Assembly (NCBI GenBank): GCA_033854735.1
Contig: JAWWPY010000024.1
Coordinates: forward strand, 9,042 to 73,041
Origin: Streptosporangiaceae bacterium
GTDB taxonomy: Bacteria > Actinomycetota > Actinomycetes > Streptosporangiales > Streptosporangiaceae
Length of the DNA stretch: 64,000 nucleotides
Direction of reading: 5' to 3'
Positions 54,909-63,953 of this stretch are shown here, piece after piece. The notes under the pieces are model-generated. The model made no database searches, was not told where the DNA came from, and saw only the letters and a list, made by a program, of their open reading frames with translations. The translations under genes were made by a program, and so were the position numbers. Position 1 is the stretch's first letter. Every line of letters starts with the position of its first letter.

Positions 54909-56840
54909 TCAGGCGCCGAGCAGATCGCGGGCCGCCGCCTCGATGTGGCGGGCGTCGATTCCAGCCGCGGCCAGCAGCTCCTCGCTGGTGCCAGAACCCG
55001 GCAGGTCCCTGACACACAGATGGGTGACCCGCAGCGTCTGCGGCCCGGCATCCAGCAGGGCATCCGTCACCGCGGAGCCAAGCCCTCCTTCGGGGTGGTG
55101 GTCTTCGGCCACGACCAGACGGCCATCCGTGACGGCCACGGCAGCGGCGAGCGTTTCGGTGTCGACAGGCTTGATGGAGTAGAGGTCGATGACGCGGGCG
55201 CGGATACCGTCGCCGGCCAGGCGCTCAGCGGCGGCAAGGCAGGCGTGGAGCGTGACACCGGCGCCGATGAGGGTCACGGCATCGTCTGGGCTCGACCGCA
55301 AGAGCTTCGCCCCTCCGATGGGAAAACTCTCCCCGCTGTCGTAGAGGACGGGATACGCGCCGCGGGTGGTTCGCATGTAGCTGACGCCCGGCTGATCCGC
55401 CATGGCGTCCACGAGAGCCGCCGTGCTCGTGGCGTCACTCGGGTAGAGCACCGTCGACCCCTGCACGGCACGCATCATCGCCAGGTCTTCGAGAGCCATC
55501 TGGGATGGCCCGTCGGCGCCGATCTCGACGCCCGCATGCGAGCCGACCAGGCGGATATTCGCCTGTGAGATGGCGGCCATCCGGATGAAGTCGTAGGCGC
55601 GGGTGAAGAAGGCAGCGAACGTTGAGGCGAATGGGATGTAGTGGCGAACGCTGAGCCCGACGGCCGAGGCGACAAGCTGCTGTTCGGCGATGAACATCTC
55701 GAAGTAGCGTCCGGGATAGGTCTTGGCGAACTGGTCAGCATAAGTGGAGTTGCTGACCTCGCCGTCGAGGGCCACGACCCTGGGGCGATCAGCGCCGAGC
55801 GCGGCCAGGGTGTCGCCGTACGCTTTACGGGTCGCGACCTTCTCACCCAGGGAGTACTTCGGCGTCGATGGGCCCGGTGCGGGCGCGCCGGGGGTCGGCG
55901 TCGCTGGCGCGGTGTGCGGAGCCGCGTCGGGCAGCGGGCCGCGAACGCGCAGGCTGCGTTCCCCGCCGAGTTCCGCGATGGCGCGTGCGGCCATGTCCTC
56001 AGGGAAGGGCTTGCCGTGCCAGCCCTCGTGGTTCTCGACTTCGGAGAACCCATGCCCCTTGATGGTGCGCGCCAGCACGACTGTCGGCTGGCTGCCCGTC
56101 CCGTCGGCGGCGGTGGCCAGAGCCTCGTCGATTTCTTCGAGGTCATGACCGTTGACGGTCAGGACCCGCGCGCCGAACGCCTCGCCGCGGCGGGCGTAGG
56201 CATCGAGGTTCCACTCCAGTTCGGTCGGTCCTCGCTGGCCGAGCCGGTTGACGTCCACCATCGCGATCAGGTTGGAGAGCTGGTAATACGAGGCCTTGTC
56301 GAGGGCCTCCCAGATGGAGCCTTCGGCCATCTCGCTGTCCCCGCACAGCACCCACACCCGGTATGGGAGCCGATCGAGATACATGCCGGCCAGCGCCACC
56401 CCCACCCCGTCGGGCAGCCCTTGGCCCAGGGATCCGGTGGCGACGTCGACCCACGGCAGCGCGGGGGTGGGGTGGCCTTCCAGCCGGGAGCCGAAGCGCC
56501 GGTACCCCGCCATCAGCTCATCGTCGGACACCACCCCCACCGCCTTGTAGACGGAGTACAGAAGCGGGGAGGCGTGTCCCTTGGAGAAGATGAGGTGATC
56601 GTTGTCGTCGGCGTGCGGCGTGTCCCAGTCGTAGCGCAGGTGACGGCCGACGAGCACCGCGAGAAGGTCCGCGGCGGACATACTCGAGGTCGGATGGCCG
56701 GAGCCTGCGCTCGTGCTGGAACGAATGGAATCGACACGGAGCTGCGCGGCGAGCTCCCGAGCTACTGCGAGGTCGATTCCAGTACCGGCTTCAGATCTGC
56801 TGCTCATGTCAGGATTCTCCTGCGGGACGGCGGCGGCCAT
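54909..56840 (-). CDS. transketolase (single-chain, about 640 aa type)
   Basis: GSGHPTSSMSAADLLAVL, GSLGQGL, GDSEMAEGSIWEA, and pyrimidine-binding and C-terminal domains. ATG 56807 (MSSRSEAG) is an alternative start. Confidence 0.9.
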   Translation of the reverse strand: MAAAVPQENPDMSSRSEAGTGIDLAVARELAAQLRVDSIRSSTSAGSGHPTSSMSAADLLAVLVGRHLRYDWDTPHADDNDHLIFSKGHASPLLYSVYKAVGVVSDDELMAGYRRFGSRLEGHPTPALPWVDVATGSLGQGLPDGVGVALAGMYLDRLPYRVWVLCGDSEMAEGSIWEALDKASYYQLSNLIAMVDVNRLGQRGPTELEWNLDAYARRGEAFGARVLTVNGHDLEEIDEALATAADGTGSQPTVVLARTIKGHGFSEVENHEGWHGKPFPEDMAARAIAELGGERSLRVRGPLPDAAPHTAPATPTPGAPAPGPSTPKYSLGEKVATRKAYGDTLAALGADRPRVVALDGEVSNSTYADQFAKTYPGRYFEMFIAEQQLVASAVGLSVRHYIPFASTFAAFFTRAYDFIRMAAISQANIRLVGSHAGVEIGADGPSQMALEDLAMMRAVQGSTVLYPSDATSTAALVDAMADQPGVSYMRTTRGAYPVLYDSGESFPIGGAKLLRSSPDDAVTLIGAGVTLHACLAAAERLAGDGIRARVIDLYSIKPVDTETLAAAVAVTDGRLVVAEDHHPEGGLGSAVTDALLDAGPQTLRVTHLCVRDLPGSGTSEELLAAAGIDARHIEAAARDLLGA

Positions 56841-57022
56841 TTCAATTTCGGTGCGGTCATCTGGTGAGGCCCTTCGTGGGGAGGGTACGTGCCCGGCTGT
56901 TCATGGTTGGGCCCCCGGGTCCGCCTACCCCCGCGGTGTCGTTGTAGTCGAACCGACGCGGTCCGGCCGGCCGAAGATATGATCGACCGCCCAGCCCGGC
57001 GGCCCGTGCGGTCATGGCAGGC

Positions 57023-57392
57023 TTAACCTGACGTCTTTCGGCGCCTCCAGGACTGGGTGCTGCAGGTGTTGAAGTTGTAGGAGTGCCAGGACGCGACCAG
57101 GTTGTGGTCGGGGTCGGCCGGCTCGTATGAATAGGTCAAGGATGACTGCGTTGTTGCCCTTGAATGTGTTGGCGACCGAGGTCCAGAACGGGATCGCCTG
57201 TGCTGCGTCCGGCATCGGCTTCTGGCAGATCGCCTGGGCGGACGAGCAACCGGACGACGGCCCGGTGTAGGCTCCGTCGGTCCAGTGCAGGTCGAGGATG
57301 GCCACGATGCCGTTGGCGTTCAGCAGGCTGACGTAGGCCTTGATGGCGTTGATGTAGCTGGCGCCCGCGTAGGCCGGGTTTACGTAGGATTC
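57023..57392 (-). pseudogene. GH5-type cellulase remnant (N-terminally truncated, internal deletion plus frameshift)
   Basis: Frame A reads ESYVNPAYAGASYINAIKAYVSLLNANGIVAILDLHW...AIPFWTSVANTFKGNNAVILDLF, then loses the expected NEP. Frame B (57133 down to 57023) reads YSYEPADPDHNLVASWHSYNFNTCSTQSW...*. Confidence 0.55.
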
Positions 57393-57632
57393 CCGTGCCG
57401 GACACGTGCAGCTGCGGCGCTGGGCTGCTGGCGATCTCGGTGAGGGGCTGACGTGGATGCGCCCGGGAGCAGGGACACGGAACACTGCCAACCGTTTACG
57501 AGCGATATGAAACGCAGTAATTCTGCGCCTATAAGCCCGTGTCCTGAGTCGTTCCGGTGGCCGGCCGAACTTCGGGCGCACCCCGGCTTCGCGCAGCGCG
57601 GCTGCGACTTCACGATGGCCTAAGGAACTGGC

Positions 57633-57845
57633 TCAGGTCGTCCGCAGGACCTCGACTTCGGCGGCTAGCTGCACGGGCTGCTTGAACCAGCGATCCGGCG
57701 TGTCCTCGATAAACGCGACCATGTTCTCCCTTCCCAGGAAGCTGGCCTCGATCCTGGATACCAGTACTTCCTGTCCCGACGCCAGCCGAACGCGATCGCC
57801 TGGCCGCACGTCTGTAACGGGAGTAGTTATCCATGATTCAGTCAC
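57633..57845 (-). CDS. hypothetical small protein (70 aa)
   Basis: Intact ORF with a GTG start and atypical low-GC codons at the 5' end (ATA ACT ACT CCC GTT ACA). I recognise no family. It sits among gene remnants. Confidence 0.3.
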   Translation of the reverse strand: MTESWITTPVTDVRPGDRVRLASGQEVLVSRIEASFLGRENMVAFIEDTPDRWFKQPVQLAAEVEVLRTT

Positions 57846-58018
57846 TACGCCATCATCCCAGCAATCAGAAGACCCCGGTCCGTATGGTGGTACCTCCGGC
57901 CCTCACCAATCCTTACCTGCAGGTTCTCTGGGCCTGACCCTGTCCGTCACGGCTGGCGGGCCTGAGTGGGTTCCGTGTGTGGGGACCCCTGCTCCAGGAC
58001 CGGATAAGATCTCGCCTC

Positions 58019-58210
58019 GTGGCCGATCTGCTGGACATGGTATTCGTCCGGAAGTTGAAACGTCCCGTGGGAAGCGGCGTGTGGTCTGCCTATGTGCTGG
58101 GCGAAGACGCCTATGGCTAGTGGCTACATTCACCCGTGGGCTCGTTGTACCGCGGCGAGGACGGCCGGACCACCGAGCTGTGCGAGGTGGGTCAGGGTGA
58201 CCGCGATGCG
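58019..58210 (+). pseudogene. possible DUF402-like N-terminal fragment with an in-frame TAG
   Basis: VADLLDMVFVRKLKRPVGSGVWSAYVLGEDAYG*WLHSPVGSLYRGEDGR. The LGED..G.WL..P.G......DG pattern resembles actinobacterial DUF402 N-termini as I recall them. TAG at 58118-58120. The frame runs into the GH115 leader. Confidence 0.25.
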
Positions 58211-58270
58211 GGCAGACCGATCGTCCAGCTTGAAAATTGCCCCCAGCCGCCTACGCCCGCGGAGATCACT

Positions 58271-61200
58271 ATGGCCGGGTTACCTTCCCTCCCGCCGACC
58301 AGACCGCTCGCATACGAGCTTGGCCGGAGGATGTTCCTCAAGATCGCCGCGACGCTGACAGCTGGAGCCTCGGCCGGGCTGGCCATGGGGGAGAAGGCGC
58401 TCGCGGCGCAGCGGGGGCTCGGCGCTGATCCGGGGGCGTACCTCACCACTATGCCGGGACCAGGGCGGTTTCCGCTGGTGGCGGGCGGGAATCCCGCACC
58501 GCTCGTGGTCAGCAGCAGCGATTATCCCGGCGTAATCCGGGTGGTGAATGACCTGCAGGCGGATATCAAGGCGGTCACCGGGGCTGAGCCGGCCGTGTCG
58601 GCCGATCAGATACCCGCGCAGCCCGAGATCGTGCTGATCGGCACCATCGGCAAAAGCCCTCTGATCAACGATCTGGTTTCCGCCGGAAAGCTGGACGTCA
58701 CCGGGATAGCGGGAAAGTGGGAGACGTCGCTGGAGCAGGTGGTGGAGAACCCGCTGCCTGGTGTCCGCCGCGCATTCGTGATCGCCGGCAGCGATCAGCG
58801 TGGAACGATCTACGCCGCCTACGATGTCTCGAAAGGGATTGGGGTGTCCCCCTGGTACTGGTGGGACGACATTCCGCCGGGGCATGCGGACGATCTCTAT
58901 GTCCTCCCCGGGCGCCACACGCAGGGCACACCGGCGGTGAAGTACCGCGGCTTCTTCATCAACGACGAGAATCCAAACCTCGGTACCTGGGCACCCGCCT
59001 TCTTCGGTTCCGGCCTGGCTCCCGGGTACCCGGGCGGGTTCAACAGCAAGTTCTACTCGAAGATCTTCGAGACCATGCTGCGGCTCAAGGCGAACTACCT
59101 GTGGCCGGCGGTCTGGGGAAGAGCGTTCGCCGAGGACGATCCGCAGAACCATGCGACGGCCAAGGCCTATGGCATCGTGATGGGGACCTCGCATGAAGCG
59201 CCGATGATGCGCGGCATCGAGGAGTGGAACCGGCACGCCGTCCCGGCCGTCCGGGACAGCAACGGGAACATCATCACGCCAGGACACGACCCTTATGGCG
59301 GCACCGGGGAGTGGAGTTTCCTACGTAACGCAGATGCGATCAAGGCGTACTGGGCGGACGGCATCCGCCGGATGGTGGGCCAGGCTTTCGAGGGCGTCGT
59401 CACCCTTGGCATGCGAGGCAATGGCGATACCAGCCTTCCGGACGGCAACGGTATCGATCTGATGGAGAACATCATCGCCAGCGAGCGGCAGATCCTGGCC
59501 AGCGTTACGGGTGCGGATCTGACCACGATTCCGCAGGTCTGGACGCTCTATAAGGAAGTCCAGCGCTACTGGGAGAAGGGCCTGCGGCCACCGGACGACG
59601 TGATGGTGGTGTTCACCGACGACAACTGGGGTAACATCCGCAAACTGCCCGACCAGAGCCTGCTGCCGCGCGGCGGCGGCTACGGGTTGTATTACCACTT
59701 CGACTATGTCGGCGGCGGCAGGAACTACAAGTGGGTGGACAGCAGCCTGATCGCCAATACGTGGGAGCAATTGCATCAGGCTGTCAGCCACGGCGTCTCG
59801 CGGCTTTGGGTAGCCAATGTCGGAGATATGAAAGGCAACGAGCTCCCGCTGCAGTTCTTCCTCGATTACGCATGGAACCCGGACCGCTGGCCCGCTGAGC
59901 GGCTTCCTGAGTGGGAGCAACAGTACGCTGCGCAGAGCTTCGGCCCAGAGCAGGCGCTGGCCATAGCGGGCGTTCTGCATACGTACGGCAAGCTTCAGTC
60001 GCGCCGCAAGCCGGAATTGCTGAACCGGCAGATCAGTCTCGATCCTACCAAGGACCTCGCCACGGACCCGTCCGCGGTTATCTACAATGATCAGGCCAGC
60101 CCATTCAGCATGACCGACTACCAGGAAATGGACAGGGTCACCGCCGAATGGCAGCATCTGGCCGGCCAGGCTGAGCGGATCGGCCGGTCACTTCCGGCCG
60201 CCTACCAGGACGCCTACTACGAGATAGTGCTGTATGAGGTGAAGGCGACTGCCAACCTGTACGCGCTGCGCAACGCGGAATTCACGAACATCCTCTATGC
60301 GACGCAAGGGCGCTCGGCAACCAATTATCTCGCTGCCACCGCCGAGGCCAGGTTCGCCGACGACCTGGCGATGATGGACTATTACGACACTTCAATCGCT
60401 GACGGCAAATGGCATAATTTCGAACTCCAGCCGCATATCGACTACGGAGACGTGGCGAGGTATGGGCCGAACGCGCCATGGCAAGAACCCGAACTGAATA
60501 ATGTGGCCATCCCTGACGTCATCTTCCCCGCCGTGCAGCGGATACAACTGCCGGCCGAGGCGGAACTCGGCGTCGCCATCGACGGATCCAGCAGCTGGTG
60601 GCCAGGCGAGCAAACCCCGGCAGTTCTGCCCGTATTCAGTCCTTATCAGGTTCAGCCCGCGCAGTACATCGATGTCTTCAACCGTGGCCAGGTCCCCTTT
60701 GAGTATGCGGTCCGGCCAGGTGTCTCATGGGTGCACGCCACGCCCGCCCAGGGCCGCATCCAGGCGCAGGCGCGTGTCACCGTGCGCGTCGACTGGGCCC
60801 GCACCCCCAGGGGAAGAAGCCAGGTGCCTATCACGATCTCCGGACCCGGCGGTCGCAGCGTGGTAGTTCAGGCACCGATCGATAACCCTGACGTGCCGCG
60901 GTCGCAGCTGGCCGGTTGTGTCGAGGCCAATGGCTATGTCTCGGTGGAGGCGGACCATTTCACGAGGGCGGTCGATTCCGGGACGATGTCGTGGCTGCGG
61001 ATAGCGGACATCGGCCAGACCGGTGCTGGCATGACGTCCTCCCCGGCCAAGGCCGCCAGCCAGGTTCCGGGCGGCGCCAGTCCGCGCCTGGAGTACACGA
61101 TGAGCTTGTTCACCACGGGCGAGGTGACCGTCTGGGCGTACCTCTCACCGAGAAACAACGTCCTCCCGGCCGACGGGCTAAAGTATGCCGTCTCCATCGA

Positions 61201-61462
61201 CGGCGACACGCCACAGATCGTGAATATCACGACGGCAACTGGGGCTGACGACACGGCGATGAACCGGCAATGGGAAAGAAATACCTCCGATAACGTCAAC
61301 CGCACCGCAACGACACATGTCATCGCCGCATCAGGGGTGCACGTCCTGAAGTTCTGGATGGTCGACCCGACAGTGGTGCTGCAAAAGCTAGTCGTCGATA
61401 CCGGTGGCCTGAAGCCAAGCTATTTGGGGCCACCGGAAAGCATGCAAATCCCCGGTAGTTGA
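58271..61462 (+). CDS. glycoside hydrolase family 115 (xylan alpha-glucuronidase-like), Tat-signal
   Basis: GGAG lies 6 nt upstream of ATG 58271. Twin-arginine leader ELGRRMFLKIAATLTAGASAG. GH115 blocks FVIAGSDQRGTIYAAYDVSKGIGVSPWYWWDDIPP and VKYRGFFINDENPNLGTW. Confidence 0.85.
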   Translation: MAGLPSLPPTRPLAYELGRRMFLKIAATLTAGASAGLAMGEKALAAQRGLGADPGAYLTTMPGPGRFPLVAGGNPAPLVVSSSDYPGVIRVVNDLQADIKAVTGAEPAVSADQIPAQPEIVLIGTIGKSPLINDLVSAGKLDVTGIAGKWETSLEQVVENPLPGVRRAFVIAGSDQRGTIYAAYDVSKGIGVSPWYWWDDIPPGHADDLYVLPGRHTQGTPAVKYRGFFINDENPNLGTWAPAFFGSGLAPGYPGGFNSKFYSKIFETMLRLKANYLWPAVWGRAFAEDDPQNHATAKAYGIVMGTSHEAPMMRGIEEWNRHAVPAVRDSNGNIITPGHDPYGGTGEWSFLRNADAIKAYWADGIRRMVGQAFEGVVTLGMRGNGDTSLPDGNGIDLMENIIASERQILASVTGADLTTIPQVWTLYKEVQRYWEKGLRPPDDVMVVFTDDNWGNIRKLPDQSLLPRGGGYGLYYHFDYVGGGRNYKWVDSSLIANTWEQLHQAVSHGVSRLWVANVGDMKGNELPLQFFLDYAWNPDRWPAERLPEWEQQYAAQSFGPEQALAIAGVLHTYGKLQSRRKPELLNRQISLDPTKDLATDPSAVIYNDQASPFSMTDYQEMDRVTAEWQHLAGQAERIGRSLPAAYQDAYYEIVLYEVKATANLYALRNAEFTNILYATQGRSATNYLAATAEARFADDLAMMDYYDTSIADGKWHNFELQPHIDYGDVARYGPNAPWQEPELNNVAIPDVIFPAVQRIQLPAEAELGVAIDGSSSWWPGEQTPAVLPVFSPYQVQPAQYIDVFNRGQVPFEYAVRPGVSWVHATPAQGRIQAQARVTVRVDWARTPRGRSQVPITISGPGGRSVVVQAPIDNPDVPRSQLAGCVEANGYVSVEADHFTRAVDSGTMSWLRIADIGQTGAGMTSSPAKAASQVPGGASPRLEYTMSLFTTGEVTVWAYLSPRNNVLPADGLKYAVSIDGDTPQIVNITTATGADDTAMNRQWERNTSDNVNRTATTHVIAASGVHVLKFWMVDPTVVLQKLVVDTGGLKPSYLGPPESMQIPGS

Positions 61463-61539
61463 CTAGTTATCCACCAGTTCCGGGGCGGCTCATCGCCGGC
61501 CCTTTGGTTCGTGAACTGCGCAGATGTACCGGAAGCAGG

Positions 61540-61787
61540 TCACCTGGCGTCAGTCGACTGCGGTGCATCGTCGATGGTGCGTTCCCGTACGTCCGGCAGG
61601 CATCCGGCGGCGGTCGGGAAGTCCTTGTCGTCATGGGACACAACCAGGCCGGGCTGGACGTGCTGCACGTCGCCGAGCACCCCACAGGGCTGACTCTGAC
61701 GCTCACCGAAGGGGCGCCAGGGCAGCCGTTGCTACTCTCGACTGCGTCCCGCACGGCGTGAATCTGAGGTGGATGCGGCTCTTCCAT
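61540..61787 (-). pseudogene. vapC (PIN) remnant, paralogous to vapC at 53268-53690
   Basis: The minus-strand frame gives LVVSHDDKDFPTAAGCLPDVRERTIDDAPQSTDAR*, versus LVVLHDDKDFATAARYLPDVRERTIHNAPQPG* in the intact gene. The upstream part is frameshifted and deleted. There is no cognate antitoxin. Confidence 0.6.
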
Positions 61788-61821
61788 GGTTAGCTAGCTG
61801 CATTTGCGTTAAAGTCGCGAG

Positions 61822-62232
61822 ATGCCGATATTCCGGATCAGGGAAGCTGCGGGCCTGCTCGGGGTCAGCTCCGACACGGTGCGCCGCTGGGCCGAGGAGG
61901 GGCGGATCGAGCAGACCACGGACGCCTCCGGCCGGCTGGCGGTAGACGGGGTCGCGCTGGCCCGGTTCGCGCAGGAGCGGGCCGAGCTGGCCAGTCATCC
62001 GGATGACGGGGTGGTGACCGCTCAGTCGCTGCGGAACCGGTTCAGCGGCCTGGTCACCCGTGTGGTGCGGGACACCGTGATGGCTCAGGTCGAGATCCAG
62101 GCGGGGCCGCACCGGTTCGTGTCACTGCTCAGCCGTGAGGCCGCCGACGAGCTCGGCCTGGAGCCGGGCGTGCTCGCCATGGCGGCCGTCAAGGCGACCA
62201 ATGTGTCTATCGAGATCCCCGAGAGCCGCTGA
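61822..62232 (+). CDS. MerR/excisionase-type HTH + TOBE (molybdate-binding) domain regulator
   Basis: FRIREAAGLLGVSSDTVRRWAEEGRI (HTH). SLRNRFSGLVTRVVRDTVMAQVEIQAGPHRFVSLLSREAADELGLEPGVLAMAAVKATNVSIE (TOBE). Confidence 0.8.
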   Translation: MPIFRIREAAGLLGVSSDTVRRWAEEGRIEQTTDASGRLAVDGVALARFAQERAELASHPDDGVVTAQSLRNRFSGLVTRVVRDTVMAQVEIQAGPHRFVSLLSREAADELGLEPGVLAMAAVKATNVSIEIPESR

Positions 62233-62267
62233 TCTCGCCTGGCGAGACCTGAGTACAGGAGTTCTCC

Positions 62268-63068
62268 GTGCGCCGTACCGCCATGACCCTTATCGCAGCC
62301 GGGATCGCAGCATCCGCCGTGGCTGGGTGCGGGTCCAGCAGCAATTCAGGAAGCCCAGCAACGCCGACCGCGAGCACTTCCTCGTCCCCGGCGCTGTCGG
62401 GGTCCATCACTGTGTTCGCGGCCTCGTCGCTGAAGGAGGCCTTCACCACGCTCGGCCAGCAGTTCGAGGCCGCGCATCCTGGGGTGAAGGTGACGTTCAG
62501 CTTCGCCGCTAGCTCGGCCCTGGCCACCCAGATCATCAGTGGCTCGCCCGCCGATGTGTTCGCCTCGGCGAGCCCGAAAAACATGCAGCAGGTCGTCACC
62601 GCCGGGGACGCGACGAAGCCGGTGGACTTCACCAAGAACGTGATGGAGGTCGCGGTCCCGCCGGCCAACCCAGCGCACGTGACGTCCGTCACTGACCTGG
62701 CGAAGCCGTCCGTGAAGGTCGCGCTGTGCCAGCCGCTGGTGCCGTGCGGGGCCACGGCCGCGAAGGTGTTCGCCAATGCCAAGGTCGTCGTCAAGCCGGT
62801 CACCCTGCAGCCGGACGTGAAATCGGTGCTCACCCAGGTCGAGCTGGGCAACGTCGACGCGGGCGTGGTCTACGTGACCGATGTCAACGCCGCGGGCACC
62901 AAGGTGAAGGGCATCCAGATACCGGACAGCGAGAACGCGTCGACGGAGTACCCGATCGCCCCCATCAGTAAGAGCAGCAACGCGGCCACCGCGCAGGCCT
63001 TCGTCGCCTACGTCCTGTCCCCGGCCGGCCAGAGCGTGCTGACCACGGACAAGTTCGAGAAGCCCTGA
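62268..63068 (+). CDS. modA: molybdate ABC transporter substrate-binding lipoprotein
   Basis: AGGAG lies 7 nt upstream of GTG 62268, with lipobox AVAGCGS. ITVFAASSLKEAFTTLGQQFEAAHPGVKVTFSFAASSALATQIISGSPADVFASAS. Confidence 0.9.
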   Translation: MRRTAMTLIAAGIAASAVAGCGSSSNSGSPATPTASTSSSPALSGSITVFAASSLKEAFTTLGQQFEAAHPGVKVTFSFAASSALATQIISGSPADVFASASPKNMQQVVTAGDATKPVDFTKNVMEVAVPPANPAHVTSVTDLAKPSVKVALCQPLVPCGATAAKVFANAKVVVKPVTLQPDVKSVLTQVELGNVDAGVVYVTDVNAAGTKVKGIQIPDSENASTEYPIAPISKSSNAATAQAFVAYVLSPAGQSVLTTDKFEKP

Positions 63069-63077
63069 CGCGCGGCC

Positions 63078-63953
63078 ATGCCCGTAACCCTGGACACCAT
63101 CGGCGCGCCGTCGCGCCTGACGGCCCGTGACCGGGAGCGCTATGCCGCCCGGGGGGGCGGGCGCCTGAGGTCGGTGCCGGTCCCGCTGCTGGGGCCAGCG
63201 CTCGTCGCGGTCGCGTTCCTGGTGCTGCCGCTGGCCGGGCTGGTGATCCGCGCCCCGTGGGGCAGGCTCGGATCGGTGCTGAGCGGTTCGGACGCCCTCC
63301 AGGCGCTGTCGCTGTCACTGTGGACCGCCTCGGTGGCCACCGGTGTCGCCGTGGTCATCGGGGTGCCGATGGCCTGGGTGCTGGCCCGCAGCAGCTTCCC
63401 TGGGAAGCGGCTGCTGCGTGCGCTCGTGACGCTCCCGCTGGTGCTGCCCCCGGTGGTCGGCGGCGTGGCGCTGCTGCTCGCGTTTGGCCGCACCGGATTC
63501 CTCGGCATGTACCTGAACTCCTGGTTCGGGCTGACGATCCCGTTCTCGCCGCTGGCGGTGGTGATGGCCGAGACCTTCGTGGCGATGCCATTCCTGATCA
63601 TCACCGTCGAGGGAGCGCTGCGCTCAGCCGACCAGGGCTATGAAGAAGCCGCGGTCACGCTGGGCGCAACGCGGATGACCGTGTTCCGCCGGGTCACCGT
63701 GCCGCTGATCGCCCCCTCCCTCGGCGCAGGTACCGTGCTGTGCTGGGCGCGGGCGCTGGGTGAGTTCGGGGCGACGATCACCTTCGCCGGCAGTTTCCCC
63801 GGGCGGACCGAGACCATGCCCATCGCTGTTTACTACGCGCTGGAGAACGACCCCGACGCGGCGATCACGCTCAGCCTGGTCCTGCTGCTGGTCTCAGTCG
63901 CGGTGCTGGTGTCTCTGCGCGACCGCTGGCTGCGGGGCGGCTCGGTCCAGTGA
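63078..63953 (+). CDS. modB: molybdate ABC transporter permease
   Basis: LVLPPVVGGVALLLAFGRTGFLG and EEAAVTLGATRMTVFRRVTVPL motifs. The real start may be downstream of ATG 63078. Confidence 0.85.
   Translation: MPVTLDTIGAPSRLTARDRERYAARGGGRLRSVPVPLLGPALVAVAFLVLPLAGLVIRAPWGRLGSVLSGSDALQALSLSLWTASVATGVAVVIGVPMAWVLARSSFPGKRLLRALVTLPLVLPPVVGGVALLLAFGRTGFLGMYLNSWFGLTIPFSPLAVVMAETFVAMPFLIITVEGALRSADQGYEEAAVTLGATRMTVFRRVTVPLIAPSLGAGTVLCWARALGEFGATITFAGSFPGRTETMPIAVYYALENDPDAAITLSLVLLLVSVAVLVSLRDRWLRGGSVQ

Noticed and set aside
57540-57625. Resolvase/recombinase HTH-like remnant (LGHREVAAALREAGVRPKFGRPPER, minus strand)
   Set aside because: The similarity is a vague pattern recollection over about 25 residues with no catalytic domain. 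It is kept only as a comment within the remnant-region finding, not as a feature.
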